Position numbers and translations under genes: made by a program
Notes under the pieces: model-generated
Database searches by the model: none
The model's input: the letters and a program-made list of their open reading frames with translations, nothing else
Told to the model about the DNA's origin: nothing
DNA from: Aestuariivirga sp.
Lineage (GTDB): Bacteria > Pseudomonadota > Alphaproteobacteria > Rhizobiales > Aestuariivirgaceae
Length of the DNA: 54,874 bases
NCBI RefSeq assembly: GCF_044239095.1
Contig: NZ_JBIICB010000001.1
Coordinates: forward strand, 1-54,874
Direction: 5' to 3'
Shown: positions 19,635 to 30,253 of the stretch, piece by piece
Position numbering within the stretch: position 1 is the first letter of the stretch
Layout of the letters: each line of letters begins with the position of its first letter

Positions 19635-21023
19635 ATGAGCAAGACACGCACCGAGACAGACACCTTCGGCCCCATCGAGGTCGATGCCACGAAATACTGG
19701 GGTGCGCAGGCGCAGCGCTCGATCGGCAATTTCAGGATCGGCTGGGAAAAGCAGCCCAAGCCCGTGGTGCGCGCACTCGGCATCGTCAAGCGCGCGGCGG
19801 CGGAAAGCAACATGGCGCTGGGCCGCCTAGACAAGACGGTCGGTGAAACCGTAGTCAAGGCCGCGCAGGAAGTGATCGACGGCAAGCTCGATGAGCACTT
19901 CCCGCTCGTCGTCTGGCAGACGGGTTCGGGCACGCAGTCCAACATGAATGCCAATGAGGTGATCTCGAACCGCGCCATCGAGATGATGGGCGGCGTCATG
20001 GGCTCCAAGAAGCCCGTGCACCCCAATGACCACGTGAACATGAGTCAGTCGTCGAACGACACCTACCCGACGGCCATGCACATCGCCTGCGCCGAGCAGA
20101 TCCAGCACGAGCTGCTGCCTGCGCTGCGCCACCTGCACAAGGCGCTGGATGGCAAGGCCAAGGCGTGGGCCCACATCATCAAGATCGGCCGCACCCATAC
20201 GCAGGATGCAACGCCCTTGACGCTCGGCCAGGAATTCTCGGGCTATGCAGCACAGGTGGAAAACGGCATCAGGCGCATCGAGATGACGATGCCGATGCTG
20301 ATGGAGCTGGCCCAGGGCGGCACGGCCGTCGGCACCGGCCTCAACGCGCCCGTGGGCTTTGCGGAGATGGTGGCGGAGCGCATCGCCGCCATCACCGGCA
20401 TGGCCTTCACATCGGCTCCCAACAAGTTCGAGGCGCTGGCCGCACATGACGCGATGGTGATGAGCCATGGCGCCATCAACACGGTTGCCGCCTCGCTGTT
20501 CAAGATCGCCAACGACATCCGCTTCCTTGGTTCGGGCCCGCGTTCGGGGCTGGGCGAACTCTCGCTGCCGGAGAACGAGCCGGGCTCCTCCATCATGCCG
20601 GGCAAGGTGAACCCCACGCAGTGCGAAGCGCTGACCATGGTGTGCGTGCAGGTGTTCGGCAACCACGCGGCCCTCACCTTCGCGGGCAGCCAGGGCCACT
20701 TCGAACTCAACGTCTTCAACCCGGTGATGGCCTACAACTTCCTGCAGTCGGTGCGCCTCCTCGCCGATGCGGCGGTGAGCTTCACCGACAACTGCGTAAC
20801 CGGCATCGAGGCGCGTGAGGACAACATCCGCCAGGCGCTGGACCGCTCGCTGATGCTGGTGACGGCGCTCGCCCCCAAATATGGCTATGACCGCGCGGCC
20901 AAGATCGCCAAGACCGCGCACAAGAATGGCACGACCCTGCGCGAGGAAGCGGTGAAGGACGGGATCGACGCCGCCGACTTCGACCTGATCGTCAGGCCGG
21001 AAGACATGATCGGGCCGAAGTGA
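19635..21023 (+). CDS. fumC: Class II fumarate hydratase
   Basis: [15 protein letters not shown] signature, [17 protein letters not shown]. Confidence 0.98.
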   Translation: MSKTRTETDTFGPIEVDATKYWGAQAQRSIGNFRIGWEKQPKPVVRALGIVKRAAAESNMALGRLDKTVGETVVKAAQEVIDGKLDEHFPLVVWQTGSGTQSNMNANEVISNRAIEMMGGVMGSKKPVHPNDHVNMSQSSNDTYPTAMHIACAEQIQHELLPALRHLHKALDGKAKAWAHIIKIGRTHTQDATPLTLGQEFSGYAAQVENGIRRIEMTMPMLMELAQGGTAVGTGLNAPVGFAEMVAERIAAITGMAFTSAPNKFEALAAHDAMVMSHGAINTVAASLFKIANDIRFLGSGPRSGLGELSLPENEPGSSIMPGKVNPTQCEALTMVCVQVFGNHAALTFAGSQGHFELNVFNPVMAYNFLQSVRLLADAAVSFTDNCVTGIEAREDNIRQALDRSLMLVTALAPKYGYDRAAKIAKTAHKNGTTLREEAVKDGIDAADFDLIVRPEDMIGPK

Positions 21024-21199
21024 TGGGCGATATCGTCAGCCTCAAGCTGCACCGGAAGCGCAAGGCCCGCGCCGAACAGGAGGCCGAGGCCGGGCAGAAC
21101 CGCATCGCGTTCGGCCGCAGCCGGGAGGAACGGCAGCTGACAGAAGCGCTGAACGGCAAGGCCCGCAAGGATCACGACGCCATGAAGCGTGAGGAGTGA
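21023..21199 (+). CDS. DUF4169 family small protein (58 aa, absent from the ORF track)
   Basis: [16 protein letters not shown]...NRIAFGRS; TGATG coupling to fumC. Confidence 0.85.
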   Translation: MGDIVSLKLHRKRKARAEQEAEAGQNRIAFGRSREERQLTEALNGKARKDHDAMKREE

Positions 21200-21227
21200 C
21201 GAGGAAGCGAGACCTCGCCAGTCACCC

Positions 21228-21449
21228 ATGCCAAAGGACCTCAAGCGCTCGCTCTCCATCTCGGGCCACCGCACGTCGCTGTCGCTCGAGCCGGAATTCT
21301 GGGAGGCACTGCGCAAGGCCGCCGAGGCGCGCGGCCTGTCTCCGGCCGGATTGGTCTCCGAGATCGACCAGACGCGCGGCAGCCGCAACCTGTCGAGCGC
21401 GGTGCGCGTGTGGCTTCTCGCGGACATGGAGCGCCGGTCAGCCAATTGA
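21228..21449 (+). CDS. Ribbon-helix-helix (RHH_4) protein
   Basis: KRSLSISGHRTSLSLEPEFW...NLSSAVRV. Confidence 0.9.
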   Translation: MPKDLKRSLSISGHRTSLSLEPEFWEALRKAAEARGLSPAGLVSEIDQTRGSRNLSSAVRVWLLADMERRSAN

Positions 21450-21480
21450 GGTCACTGGAGGATTGACGTTCCAATCATGC

Positions 21481-21565
21481 CATGACCCCAGCGCAAGTTG
21501 AGGTTCCGCTGTCTGTCAGCATGTGCTGCACCAATAGCGGGATGCCAGCTTTCGCTGGCATGACG
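21481..21565. repeat. Degenerate family-A REP doublet between convergent genes
   Basis: agcgggatgccagctttcgctggcatgacg plus a decayed partner catgaccccagcgcaagttgaggttccgct. Confidence 0.6.
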
Positions 21566-21583
21566 CTACGCGCGAGAGAGCTG

Positions 21584-24500
21584 CTACTGCGAGGGTGATG
21601 AGTTTGGCGGTTCTGAGATGATGATCGGCGCCTCGGGCGGTTTGGCCAGGATGACCGGGGCAATGGGGTCTTTCCGCGGCTCCGGCCTTGGCTTGGCGGG
21701 CGCTTGCGCTGCAGGCCTGGCCGGGCTTTCAGGGGCCGCCTCCGAAAGCCTGGCCATGCGCCGCCAGACGCGCAGCTCGCGCTGGCGCTGGCGGGTCTCG
21801 GCCTTGTTGATGTCGGCATTGGCGGCGCGCTCAGCCTCGATCTGGCGGCGCAACCGGTCGGCGGCGGCGACCTGCATTTCCCCATGCACCCTGAGTTCAC
21901 GCCGCCTGACGAGCAGCTCGTCGCGCTGGGCGTAGTGGGCCTGAAGCCGCGCCTCGTCCTCCAGCCGTTGCTTCTCCTCGATCGCGGCGAGGCGCAGCTG
22001 CTCCTGCTGCAGCCGTTCCAGCTCATCGATGCCCTGCTGCATGATGGTGACGCCGAGCGCGGTGGAGAGCTCGGACTTGTTCTCGCCCCGCGCCAGCATG
22101 TCTACGGGGCCGGCATAGGACACGCTCATCGGCGGCAGGCCCTCGCGCTGCTTGAGGCGCAGGCCGATGTCGATGTCGATCTCGCCCAGCGCCAGCTCAG
22201 CCAGGGTTTTCACCTCGATGTCGGCCAAAGCATCCTGGCGGAGGATGGGATCAAAGCGCACCTGGCCCTCAGCCACATTGATGCCGCCTGAGACGGCGCC
22301 GAAGGTGACACCCTCCCCGCCGCGCAGCCGGTCGAAGGCCTGGGTGATGCCATCGGCGTCCTTGGCCTGTTCCAGTGCTGCCGAAAAGTCCTGGGGCGTG
22401 ATGGTGAGCAGGCGGAAATCGTCGAACCGGTAGCTGCCCTCGCCCTTCACCGACGCCAGGGCCCCGGCGGGGCTCCGGCCCTCGCTTTCGAAACGCAGGT
22501 CGATGACGCCATTGCCCTGTGCCACTGGCGCGCCGCCGATCATCGCCAGCTGCCGGCCCAGATCCACCGGAAGGCTGATGAGGCCGGAAACCCGGCGGCT
22601 CTCCTCCGGCCCGGCGGAGGTTATCTCCAGCTTCGCGCTGCGGCTCTCCTTGTCCTTCGCATACATCGACAGATCGATCTTGCCGGGTGCGGCCACGATG
22701 CCGATCTCAGCATTTACAGCCATGAGATGCGGATGAACCTCGAGCGCGGACGGCGTGATCCAGACCTCGCCGGTCATGCCGAGAGGCAGGGACGCGGCAA
22801 AACCCGTCTCGAAATCCGGCTGCGGCCCTTCCCATTTCAGGAAGGTGGCGGCGATGACATCGGCCAAGCGGAGCGGACCGGTCTCGATCCGCGCCTCAGC
22901 CACGAGCGACGGCGTGAGGCTGGCGGTGCCGCCAAAGGACGCGCTGCCGTAGCGGCCTGCGGCATCAGACAGCGTCCACTTGCCGCCGCTCCAGAGCAGC
23001 CGCGCCTCGCCCGAAAGGCCACCCGGCGCCAGCGTGGCGGGAAGGCCAGTCACCTTGGCAAGAACCGCTGCCTCGGTGGCCTTCAGCGAGAGCTGCCCGT
23101 CAAGCCCGAAACCCTCCGCCCACGGATGAGCCTTGCCACGATAGTCGAAGCGGGCGCCATGCGCCTGGAGGGTGGTAGTCGTCATGAAGCCCTCCACCAT
23201 GGTTCCCTCAGCCTCGATCCTGAGGGCTCCTGGCTCACTGTCTTTCAGGGCGGATGGCAGCCCGATGAGCGAGAGAATGCGCGCTGAACTCGGCGCCGTC
23301 ACGGCAAGGTTGCCGGACAAGGCTCCATCGGGCGAGGCGGTGCCCTGGCCCGCGATGTTCAATTCCCCGGCATTGCCCGAGGCCCTGAAGTGGAACTCGC
23401 TGCCATTCTCCTGAGGCTTCACCGCCAGCGAAGCGCGCACCTCCGTTGCCCCCAGGCCGGACGCCCAGGGCGGAAGCACGCCGCCACTGTTGCCGGCAAG
23501 ACCCAGAAGCCTGATCAGCCCGGCCGGGTCATCCGCCTCGATCTCCATACCGACGGTGCCGTCGGCGCCCTTGCCGGCATCGAGGATCAGGCCCGTGGCC
23601 ACCACCCGCGCGCCACCCACCTCGCCAATCTCGAGGCCGCGCAGGTCAAGTCCATTGGCCCCGGATTCGAGGTCGACCGCCACATCGCGCGCGGTGACGG
23701 CGTTGAGCAGCAACTCGCCCGCGTTAAGGCGCAGCTTGAGGTCAGGTGCGTCCGGCCGCGGCATGGCCAGCGCCAGCAGGCTCGCGGCCGCGCCCTCACG
23801 CGCCACCGCCAAGGCAGGAATGCCCTGCGGCGCATAGGAATCGAGGTCGAAGCGGTTACCATCGAGCATCAGGTCGATTGCGCCGCGCCCGGCGGTCGTC
23901 AACGAAAGGGAGCCATTGCCGCGCTCGCCGTCCAGTTCGAAGCCGGCATTGCTCAGCCTCATCTGTGACTGGGTGAGGGTAAGGTCAGTTTCCAGCTTGA
24001 GGCGGCCGCGGCTGCCACTCCACAGGCCGCCGATGCGCTCTGGCCCCTCCGGCCAGAGCCAGAAGGTGAAGTCACGCAGGTCGTTGGTCTCAAGCGCCAG
24101 CTTGCCGTTCAGCTCCGGCCCGCTCCGGCCGGGCGCGAAGATGCCGGTGAACAGCGTCCTGGAACGGCCGGGCAGCCCCGCCGCGAAACGGGCGATGCGG
24201 AGCTGGCCCTGTTCCGCCGCGAGTTCGGCCTCCACATTATCGAGGTTCTGGCCGCCGGTGCGCAGCGCCGTCACGTCCAGCTTGCCAGACAGGCTCATGT
24301 CGGCGGGCAGCAGGGCCAACAGGCTCGAGACCACCCCGAGGCTTCCGCCCTGGCGCAGCACGCCGCGCGACTGGGCGCCGGCGATGGCGTCAAGGTCGAG
24401 CATGGAGGCCTTGAGATCGACCGACGCGTCGATGTGCTGGCCCAGGCGCAGCGAGGCCGTGCCCGTGGTGATGGGGCCGTTTTGCCCCGGCTCCAGCCGT

Positions 24501-25360
24501 GAGACCTCGACGTCGGTGAAATCGATCCGCTCAAAGTCGCCCGTGGCCTTGGCCGTGAACAAGAGCGGCCGGATGCGGCCCTCCTGGTCGGACTTGCCCT
24601 CACCAACCGAAGCGGGCTCGATGCGGATCTCGCCTTCCGCCTTTCCGCCGCTCGCCGCGCCGTCAAAGCCGAAGGCATAGCCCGAGCCGTCGGCGGCGGC
24701 AGCCGTGACGCTGAACCGGAACGGCTCATTCTCGGCATAGCTTGCCGTATTGATCGCGATGTCGAGCGGGCGGTCGTTGTAGAGCGCCTGCATGCGCAGC
24801 CGCCAGGGTCCGGCCACGCCGGGGGACGCGATCTCCGCGTTGACGTCGTCGAGCCGCAGCGTCTCGCCGCGCCGCCGGTCGCTGAAGGAGATGTTGCCAC
24901 CCGCCAGGCTGACCTGATCGAGCTTCACACGGGAGAGAATATCGCTGTTGACGAGGCCGGCCGAGGGCGTGAACACCCAGTTCCCCTCGCCCGTCGCCCG
25001 CCGCTCCAGCATCACGGCAGGTTGTTCGACCTCGATGCTCTCGACGTCGATCCCGCCCTGCACCAGGCCCGCCAGCGTCATGCGGATGGTGATGCGCTCA
25101 GCAGTGGCGAAATGGGGTTCCGCAAGGCCCGGCGGGTTGGCGATGGTCACCTTCTCCGCCGTCAGCCGCGGCCAGGGAAAGAGCCGCACCGAAATATCGC
25201 CCTCGACGGTGACGGCACGGCCCGTCAGCTTCCGGCCATAGGATTCAAGATCGGAGCGGTAGCCGTTCCAATCGACGACGACGGGCGCCAGCAGCAGGCC
25301 GACAACGGCCACGACCAGCAGCACCCCGAAATAGAGAACGGGTGATCTCCAAACCTTCAT
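21584..25360 (-). CDS. AsmA family protein
   Basis: N-terminal TM then VDWNGYR..LTGR..G..S.RLFPWP; long beta-rich body; C-terminal coiled coil; start uncertain (25360/25396). Confidence 0.88.
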   Translation of the reverse strand: MKVWRSPVLYFGVLLVVAVVGLLLAPVVVDWNGYRSDLESYGRKLTGRAVTVEGDISVRLFPWPRLTAEKVTIANPPGLAEPHFATAERITIRMTLAGLVQGGIDVESIEVEQPAVMLERRATGEGNWVFTPSAGLVNSDILSRVKLDQVSLAGGNISFSDRRRGETLRLDDVNAEIASPGVAGPWRLRMQALYNDRPLDIAINTASYAENEPFRFSVTAAAADGSGYAFGFDGAASGGKAEGEIRIEPASVGEGKSDQEGRIRPLLFTAKATGDFERIDFTDVEVSRLEPGQNGPITTGTASLRLGQHIDASVDLKASMLDLDAIAGAQSRGVLRQGGSLGVVSSLLALLPADMSLSGKLDVTALRTGGQNLDNVEAELAAEQGQLRIARFAAGLPGRSRTLFTGIFAPGRSGPELNGKLALETNDLRDFTFWLWPEGPERIGGLWSGSRGRLKLETDLTLTQSQMRLSNAGFELDGERGNGSLSLTTAGRGAIDLMLDGNRFDLDSYAPQGIPALAVAREGAAASLLALAMPRPDAPDLKLRLNAGELLLNAVTARDVAVDLESGANGLDLRGLEIGEVGGARVVATGLILDAGKGADGTVGMEIEADDPAGLIRLLGLAGNSGGVLPPWASGLGATEVRASLAVKPQENGSEFHFRASGNAGELNIAGQGTASPDGALSGNLAVTAPSSARILSLIGLPSALKDSEPGALRIEAEGTMVEGFMTTTTLQAHGARFDYRGKAHPWAEGFGLDGQLSLKATEAAVLAKVTGLPATLAPGGLSGEARLLWSGGKWTLSDAAGRYGSASFGGTASLTPSLVAEARIETGPLRLADVIAATFLKWEGPQPDFETGFAASLPLGMTGEVWITPSALEVHPHLMAVNAEIGIVAAPGKIDLSMYAKDKESRSAKLEITSAGPEESRRVSGLISLPVDLGRQLAMIGGAPVAQGNGVIDLRFESEGRSPAGALASVKGEGSYRFDDFRLLTITPQDFSAALEQAKDADGITQAFDRLRGGEGVTFGAVSGGINVAEGQVRFDPILRQDALADIEVKTLAELALGEIDIDIGLRLKQREGLPPMSVSYAGPVDMLARGENKSELSTALGVTIMQQGIDELERLQQEQLRLAAIEEKQRLEDEARLQAHYAQRDELLVRRRELRVHGEMQVAAADRLRRQIEAERAANADINKAETRQRQRELRVWRRMARLSEAAPESPARPAAQAPAKPRPEPRKDPIAPVILAKPPEAPIIISEPPNSSPSQ

Positions 25361-25392
25361 TGATCCCGGATTTTGCAGCTTCATTGCGTCAA

Positions 25393-26784
25393 TCAAATGG
25401 CCACGTTCTTGCCGGGGTTCATGATGTTGTCTGGGTCGAGCGCGCGCTTGATGGCGCGCATGAAGGACAGGGCGGGCCCATGCTCCTTCTCCAGATAGTC
25501 GCGCTTGCCGGAACCGATGCCGTGCTCGCCGGTCGAGGTGCCGCCCATGGCGATGGCGCGGTCGATCATGCGGGCATAGACATCCTTCACCTTTGCATAT
25601 TCCTGCGCATCATTGCGGTCGCAATAGAGAACGACGTGGAAGTTGCCGTCGCCCACATGGCCGACGATGGGGCCGTAAAGGCCATTCGCCGCGAGGTCGG
25701 CCTGGGTCTCCGTCACGCATTCAGCGAGCCTGGAGATCGGCACGCAGACGTCGGTTGCAAAAGAGTCCTTGCCCGGCATCAGCGACTTGGTGGCCCAGAA
25801 CGCGTCATGGCGTGCCTGCCAGAGCTTCTGGCGGTCCTCTTCCTTCGTGGCCATGCTGTAAGGCCCGCCGCCAAGGTCTTCCGCGATTGCCGCGAAGGTT
25901 TCCGCCTGCTCGCGGGCCGAGGCCTCGGTGCCGTGGAATTCGAGGAACAGCGTCGGCGAGACCTTCAGGTCGAGCTTCGAATAGGCGTTGAAGGCCTTCA
26001 CATGCTCGGCATCAACGAGTTCGATGCGGGCCACCGGCAGGCCCATCTGGATCGCAGTGATGGTGGCGGTGCAGCAGGCCTCCACGCTGGGGAACGGGCA
26101 GACGGCGGAGACGATCGATTCCGGAATGCCATAGAGCTTCAGCGCCACCTCGGTGATGACGCCGAGCGTTCCCTCGGAGCCGACGAGCAGCCGGGTGAGG
26201 TCGTAGCCCGCGGAGGATTTGCGCGCGCGGCTGCCGGTGCGGATGATCTCGCCATTGGCCATCACGGCGGTGACGTTAAGCACGTTTTCCCGCATCGTGC
26301 CGTAGCGCACGGCGTTGGTGCCGGAGGCCCGCGTCGCCGTCATGCCGCCCAGGCTGGCGTCCGCGCCGGGGTCGACGGGGAAGAACAGCCCCTGGTCGCG
26401 CAGATGCGTGTTGAGCTGCTTGCGGGTGACGCCCGCCTCGACCCGGCAATCAAGGTCCCCCGCATTGACCTCCAGCACGCGGTTCATCTGCGAGAGATCG
26501 ATGGAAATGCCGCCGAAGGGCGCGGAGAAATGCCCCTCGAGCGAGGTTCCGGTGCCATAGGGGATGACGGGTGTGCGGTATTTCGCGCAAGTAGCGAGGA
26601 TGCGCTGCACCTCCTCCGTGCTCCGGACAAAGGCCACGGCATCGGGCGCTGCGCCGGGGTTCCACGTCTGGTCCTTGCCGTGCTGCTCACGCACGGCGGG
26701 CGCGGTTGAGAGCCTGTCTCCCAGCCACTGGCGGATCTCGGCCATGGTCTGAGTTGTGCTGGTCTTGGCGGTCGGGTTATCCAT
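25393..26784 (-). CDS. FAD-linked oxidase (GlcD/D-lactate dehydrogenase family)
   Basis: GTGTSLEG, GSEGTLG, HVGDGNFH, GEHGIG, DPDNIMNPGK. Confidence 0.93.
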   Translation of the reverse strand: MDNPTAKTSTTQTMAEIRQWLGDRLSTAPAVREQHGKDQTWNPGAAPDAVAFVRSTEEVQRILATCAKYRTPVIPYGTGTSLEGHFSAPFGGISIDLSQMNRVLEVNAGDLDCRVEAGVTRKQLNTHLRDQGLFFPVDPGADASLGGMTATRASGTNAVRYGTMRENVLNVTAVMANGEIIRTGSRARKSSAGYDLTRLLVGSEGTLGVITEVALKLYGIPESIVSAVCPFPSVEACCTATITAIQMGLPVARIELVDAEHVKAFNAYSKLDLKVSPTLFLEFHGTEASAREQAETFAAIAEDLGGGPYSMATKEEDRQKLWQARHDAFWATKSLMPGKDSFATDVCVPISRLAECVTETQADLAANGLYGPIVGHVGDGNFHVVLYCDRNDAQEYAKVKDVYARMIDRAIAMGGTSTGEHGIGSGKRDYLEKEHGPALSFMRAIKRALDPDNIMNPGKNVAI

Positions 26785-26819
26785 GGTGCCGAAACTAGCA
26801 AGAAGCCGGAGAATTTGCG

Positions 26820-27305
26820 ATGGGTTATCCTGCCCCTTTCGTGGGCCACGTCCAGCAGGTCGAAGACAAGTGGATCGACTACAACGGCCACTTCAACATG
26901 GCCTATTACAACGTCCTGTTCGACCGCGCGGGCGACGAGGCCTTCGCGGTCATGGGGCTTGGACCCGACTATGTGACCGAGCGGAACGCCTCCTTCTTCA
27001 CCCTGGAATGCCACAACACCTATGTGCGTGAGCTGCATGCCGGGGATTCGGTCAGGATCGAGACCCAGATCCTCGACTGCGATTCGAAGCGGGTGCACTA
27101 TGTGCAGCAGATGTTCCATGCAGCCGAGGGCTGGCTGTCCTGCGTGACCGAGATCATCGTCATGCATATCGACATGGCGCTGAAGAAATCCGCCCCCTTC
27201 CCTGCCGATGTCATGGAAAAGATTGCGGCCATGCGGGAGGCGCACAAGCATCTCCCCGTGCCGCCGCAGGTCGGCCACCGGATCGGCATCCCGAAAAAGG
27301 CCTGA
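26820..27305 (+). CDS. Thioesterase (4HBT-like hot-dog fold)
   Basis: WIDYNGHFNMAYY motif. Confidence 0.9.
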   Translation: MGYPAPFVGHVQQVEDKWIDYNGHFNMAYYNVLFDRAGDEAFAVMGLGPDYVTERNASFFTLECHNTYVRELHAGDSVRIETQILDCDSKRVHYVQQMFHAAEGWLSCVTEIIVMHIDMALKKSAPFPADVMEKIAAMREAHKHLPVPPQVGHRIGIPKKA

Positions 27306-27321
27306 AGCACGCCGGGTTTCC

Positions 27322-27447
27322 TCCCCCTCTCCCCCGCAGGGGGAGAGGGTGGGGTGAGGGGGTGATTCAGCGTGCGTCATGGTTGATAGCGGACTCGCGG
27401 ACGCACCCCCTCACCCCGGCCCTCTCCCCCTGCGGGGGCGAGGGGGA
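27322..27447. repeat. Family-B REP inverted doublet
   Basis: cccctctcccccgcagggggagagggtggggtgaggggg ... ccccctcaccccggccctctccccctgcgggggcgagggg, two inverted hairpin units. Confidence 0.85.
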
Positions 27448-27637
27448 TTGCAAAATCAGCATCCAAATCTGCAGCTTCTGCGCCGCCAACCGCCATCCGT
27501 TTCGGAATTGCGCGATTCACATCAGATGAAATGCGTTGCGGGAGCGGACTGATCCAACTTCGTCATACTCGCGCAACATTCATCAAGCATTTACCATGCC
27601 AGTCTGGGAGATGAACTTGACGAAGGAGGCGAGAATC

Positions 27638-27835
27638 ATGAACACTGGTCTGAACCTGTTCGCGGAAGCGCTTGTTTTCGTTCACGGAAAGAGCGCCGAA
27701 TCAGAAGCGGCCAAGCATGCCCTGCTGTGTGAGCGGATGGGCGACATGGACACCGCCGAAACCTGGCGCCAGCTTCAGGGCGCGGTGCGCGGCCTGAAGG
27801 CGCCTGCCGGCTGCCCGCCACGTAAAGCCGCCTGA
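27638..27835 (+). CDS. Small hypothetical protein (65 aa)
   Basis: Strong RBS AAGGAGG before the ATG; helical-looking sequence; ends in AA. Confidence 0.65.
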   Translation: MNTGLNLFAEALVFVHGKSAESEAAKHALLCERMGDMDTAETWRQLQGAVRGLKAPAGCPPRKAA

Positions 27836-27845
27836 CGCCGGTAGG

Positions 27846-27860
27846 TTTCGCTTTTCGTTC
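27846..27860 (+). promoter_or_regulatory. Putative LexA (SOS) box upstream of uvrD
   Basis: TTTC-N7-GTTC (alphaproteobacterial consensus GTTC-N7-GTTC, one mismatch) just upstream of a GCTATAGT -10-like element. Confidence 0.5.
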
Positions 27861-27898
27861 TCCCGGTTGCTATAGTGGTCCGCGAGGAATCGGACCTG

Positions 27899-30253
27899 AT
27901 GAGCAACAAGAACTTCGACCTGAACGACTTTGGCGACGATGAGCCTGCCCCCGCGGTGAAGCCCGGAGGGCTGGCAGCGCGCGCCTTGGGCCAGCAGGGC
28001 GAGCCCCCCTATCTCAAGGGCCTGAACCCGGAACAGCGGGCCGCGGTGGAAACGACCGACGGCCCCCTGCTCGTGCTGGCAGGTGCCGGCACCGGCAAGA
28101 CGCGGGTGCTGACCACCAGGCTGGCCCACATCCTCGCCACCGGCAGGGCCTGGCCGGGGCAGCTCCTCGCGGTGACCTTCACCAACAAGGCGGCGCGCGA
28201 GATGCGCGACCGCATCGGCGCGCTGATCGGCGGGGCGGTCGAGGGCATGACCTGGCTCGGCACCTTCCACTCGATCGGTGTCAAGATCCTGCGCAACCAT
28301 GCGGAGCTTGCGGGCCTCAGGTCCGGCTTCTCCATCCTCGACACGGATGACCAGATCCGCCTGCTGAAGCAGCTGCTCGAAGCCCATGACATTGACGAGA
28401 AGCGCTGGCCCGCCCGCCAGCTCGCCTCCCTCATCGACGGCTGGAAGAACCGCGGGCTGACGCCGGATCGCATTCCGGCGGGCGAAGCCTCGAGCTTCGC
28501 CAATGGCCTCGGCGGGCAGCTCTACACGGAATACCAGCAGCGGCTGAAGGTGGTGAACGCCGCCGACTTCGGCGACCTGCTGCTGGAGGTGCTGCGCATC
28601 TTCCAGGAACACCCGGACGTGCTGAAAGAGTATCAGCGCCGCTTCAAATACATGCTGGTGGACGAATATCAGGACACCAACGTGGCGCAGTACCTCTGGC
28701 TGAGGCTGCTGGCCCAGGGCCACAAGAACATCTGCTGCGTGGGTGACGACGACCAGTCAATCTATGGCTGGCGGGGTGCCGAGGTGGACAACATCCTGCG
28801 CTTTGAGAAAGATTTCCCGGGCGCGCGTGTCATCCGCCTCGAGCGCAACTACCGCTCGACGCCGCAGATTCTGGGCGCGGCCTCTGGCCTGATCGAGAAG
28901 AACGAGAGCCGGCTGGGCAAGACGCTGCGCACTGACCGCGAGGATGGTGACACGGTGACGGTGCGCGCCCATTGGGACGGCGACGAGGAAGCCCGCGTCA
29001 TCGGCGAGGACATCGAGAACCTGCAGCGCAAGGGCGAGAAGCTGAACGACATGGCGATCCTGGTGCGCGCCTCCTTCCAGATGCGCGCCTTCGAAGAGCG
29101 TTTCATCACGCTGGGTGTGCCCTATCGCGTCATCGGTGGCCCACGCTTCTATGAGCGCGCGGAAGTGCGCGATGCGCTGGCCTATCTCAAGATCGTGGCC
29201 GCGCCCGACAATGACCTGGCCTTCGAGCGCATTATCAACACGCCCAAGCGCGGCATCGGCGATACGTCAGTCAAGCGCATGCATGCCATTGCGCGGGCTC
29301 AAGGCGTGTCGCTCTACCGCGCGGCGGAGGCCATGTCCCTGACGGATGAGCTGCCCGCCAAGACGCGCACGGCGCTGCGCAAGCTGGTCGAAAGCTTCGG
29401 CCGCTGGCGGCAGATGGCGGACGGCCTGCCGCATACGGAGCTTGCCGAGATCGTGCTGGACGAGTCGGGCTATACCGAGATGTGGCAGAACGACAAGAGC
29501 CCGGAGGCGCAAGGCCGCCTCGACAACCTCAAGGAACTCGTGCGCTCCATGGGCGACTTCGAGAACCTTGCGGGCTTCCTCGAGCACATATCGCTGGTGA
29601 TGGACGTCGAGCAGTCGGCGGAGGAAGACAAGGTCAACATCATGACCATGCATGGCGCCAAGGGGCTGGAATTCGGCACCGTGTTCCTGCCCGGCTGGGA
29701 GGAAGGCCTGTTCCCCTCGCAGCGCTCGCTGGATGAGAAGGGCCGCAGCGGCCTGGAGGAAGAGCGCCGCCTGGCCTATGTCGGCATCACACGGGCCAAG
29801 CGCCGCGCCACCATCTCTTTTGCGCAGAACCGCCGCGTGCATAATCTCTGGCAGAACGCGCTGCCCTCACGCTTCATCGATGAGCTGCCCGAGATGCATG
29901 TCGAGGTCGCCCCGATGGCCACAAGCTATGGCGGCTTCGGGCTTGGCACCTATGGCAAGAGCCGCTTCGACGACCAGACCAAGCCCTTCGGCAACACCTA
30001 CGCCACCCCCGGCTGGCAGCGCGCGCAACAGCGCTGGGCAGACGGCAAGGCCACCCGCTCCACCCCCCATTTCATCGAGGGCGAAATGGTGGCGCGCGAA
30101 ACAGATACCGTGAAATACGCGCGCGGCGAGCGCGTGTTCCATGAGAAGTTCGGCTATGGCGTGATCAGTTCTGTTGATGGCAACAAGCTCACCATCGACT
30201 TCGACAAGGCTGGCGAGAAGCGCGTGATCGACAGTTTCGTCTCACGGGGGTGA
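27899..30253 (+). CDS. uvrD: UvrD/PcrA SF1 DNA helicase
   Basis: AGAGTGKT, VDEYQD, VGDDDQSIY, NYRS, HGAKGLEF, EERRLAYV, C-terminal Tudor-like domain. Confidence 0.96.
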   Translation: MSNKNFDLNDFGDDEPAPAVKPGGLAARALGQQGEPPYLKGLNPEQRAAVETTDGPLLVLAGAGTGKTRVLTTRLAHILATGRAWPGQLLAVTFTNKAAREMRDRIGALIGGAVEGMTWLGTFHSIGVKILRNHAELAGLRSGFSILDTDDQIRLLKQLLEAHDIDEKRWPARQLASLIDGWKNRGLTPDRIPAGEASSFANGLGGQLYTEYQQRLKVVNAADFGDLLLEVLRIFQEHPDVLKEYQRRFKYMLVDEYQDTNVAQYLWLRLLAQGHKNICCVGDDDQSIYGWRGAEVDNILRFEKDFPGARVIRLERNYRSTPQILGAASGLIEKNESRLGKTLRTDREDGDTVTVRAHWDGDEEARVIGEDIENLQRKGEKLNDMAILVRASFQMRAFEERFITLGVPYRVIGGPRFYERAEVRDALAYLKIVAAPDNDLAFERIINTPKRGIGDTSVKRMHAIARAQGVSLYRAAEAMSLTDELPAKTRTALRKLVESFGRWRQMADGLPHTELAEIVLDESGYTEMWQNDKSPEAQGRLDNLKELVRSMGDFENLAGFLEHISLVMDVEQSAEEDKVNIMTMHGAKGLEFGTVFLPGWEEGLFPSQRSLDEKGRSGLEEERRLAYVGITRAKRRATISFAQNRRVHNLWQNALPSRFIDELPEMHVEVAPMATSYGGFGLGTYGKSRFDDQTKPFGNTYATPGWQRAQQRWADGKATRSTPHFIEGEMVARETDTVKYARGERVFHEKFGYGVISSVDGNKLTIDFDKAGEKRVIDSFVSRG

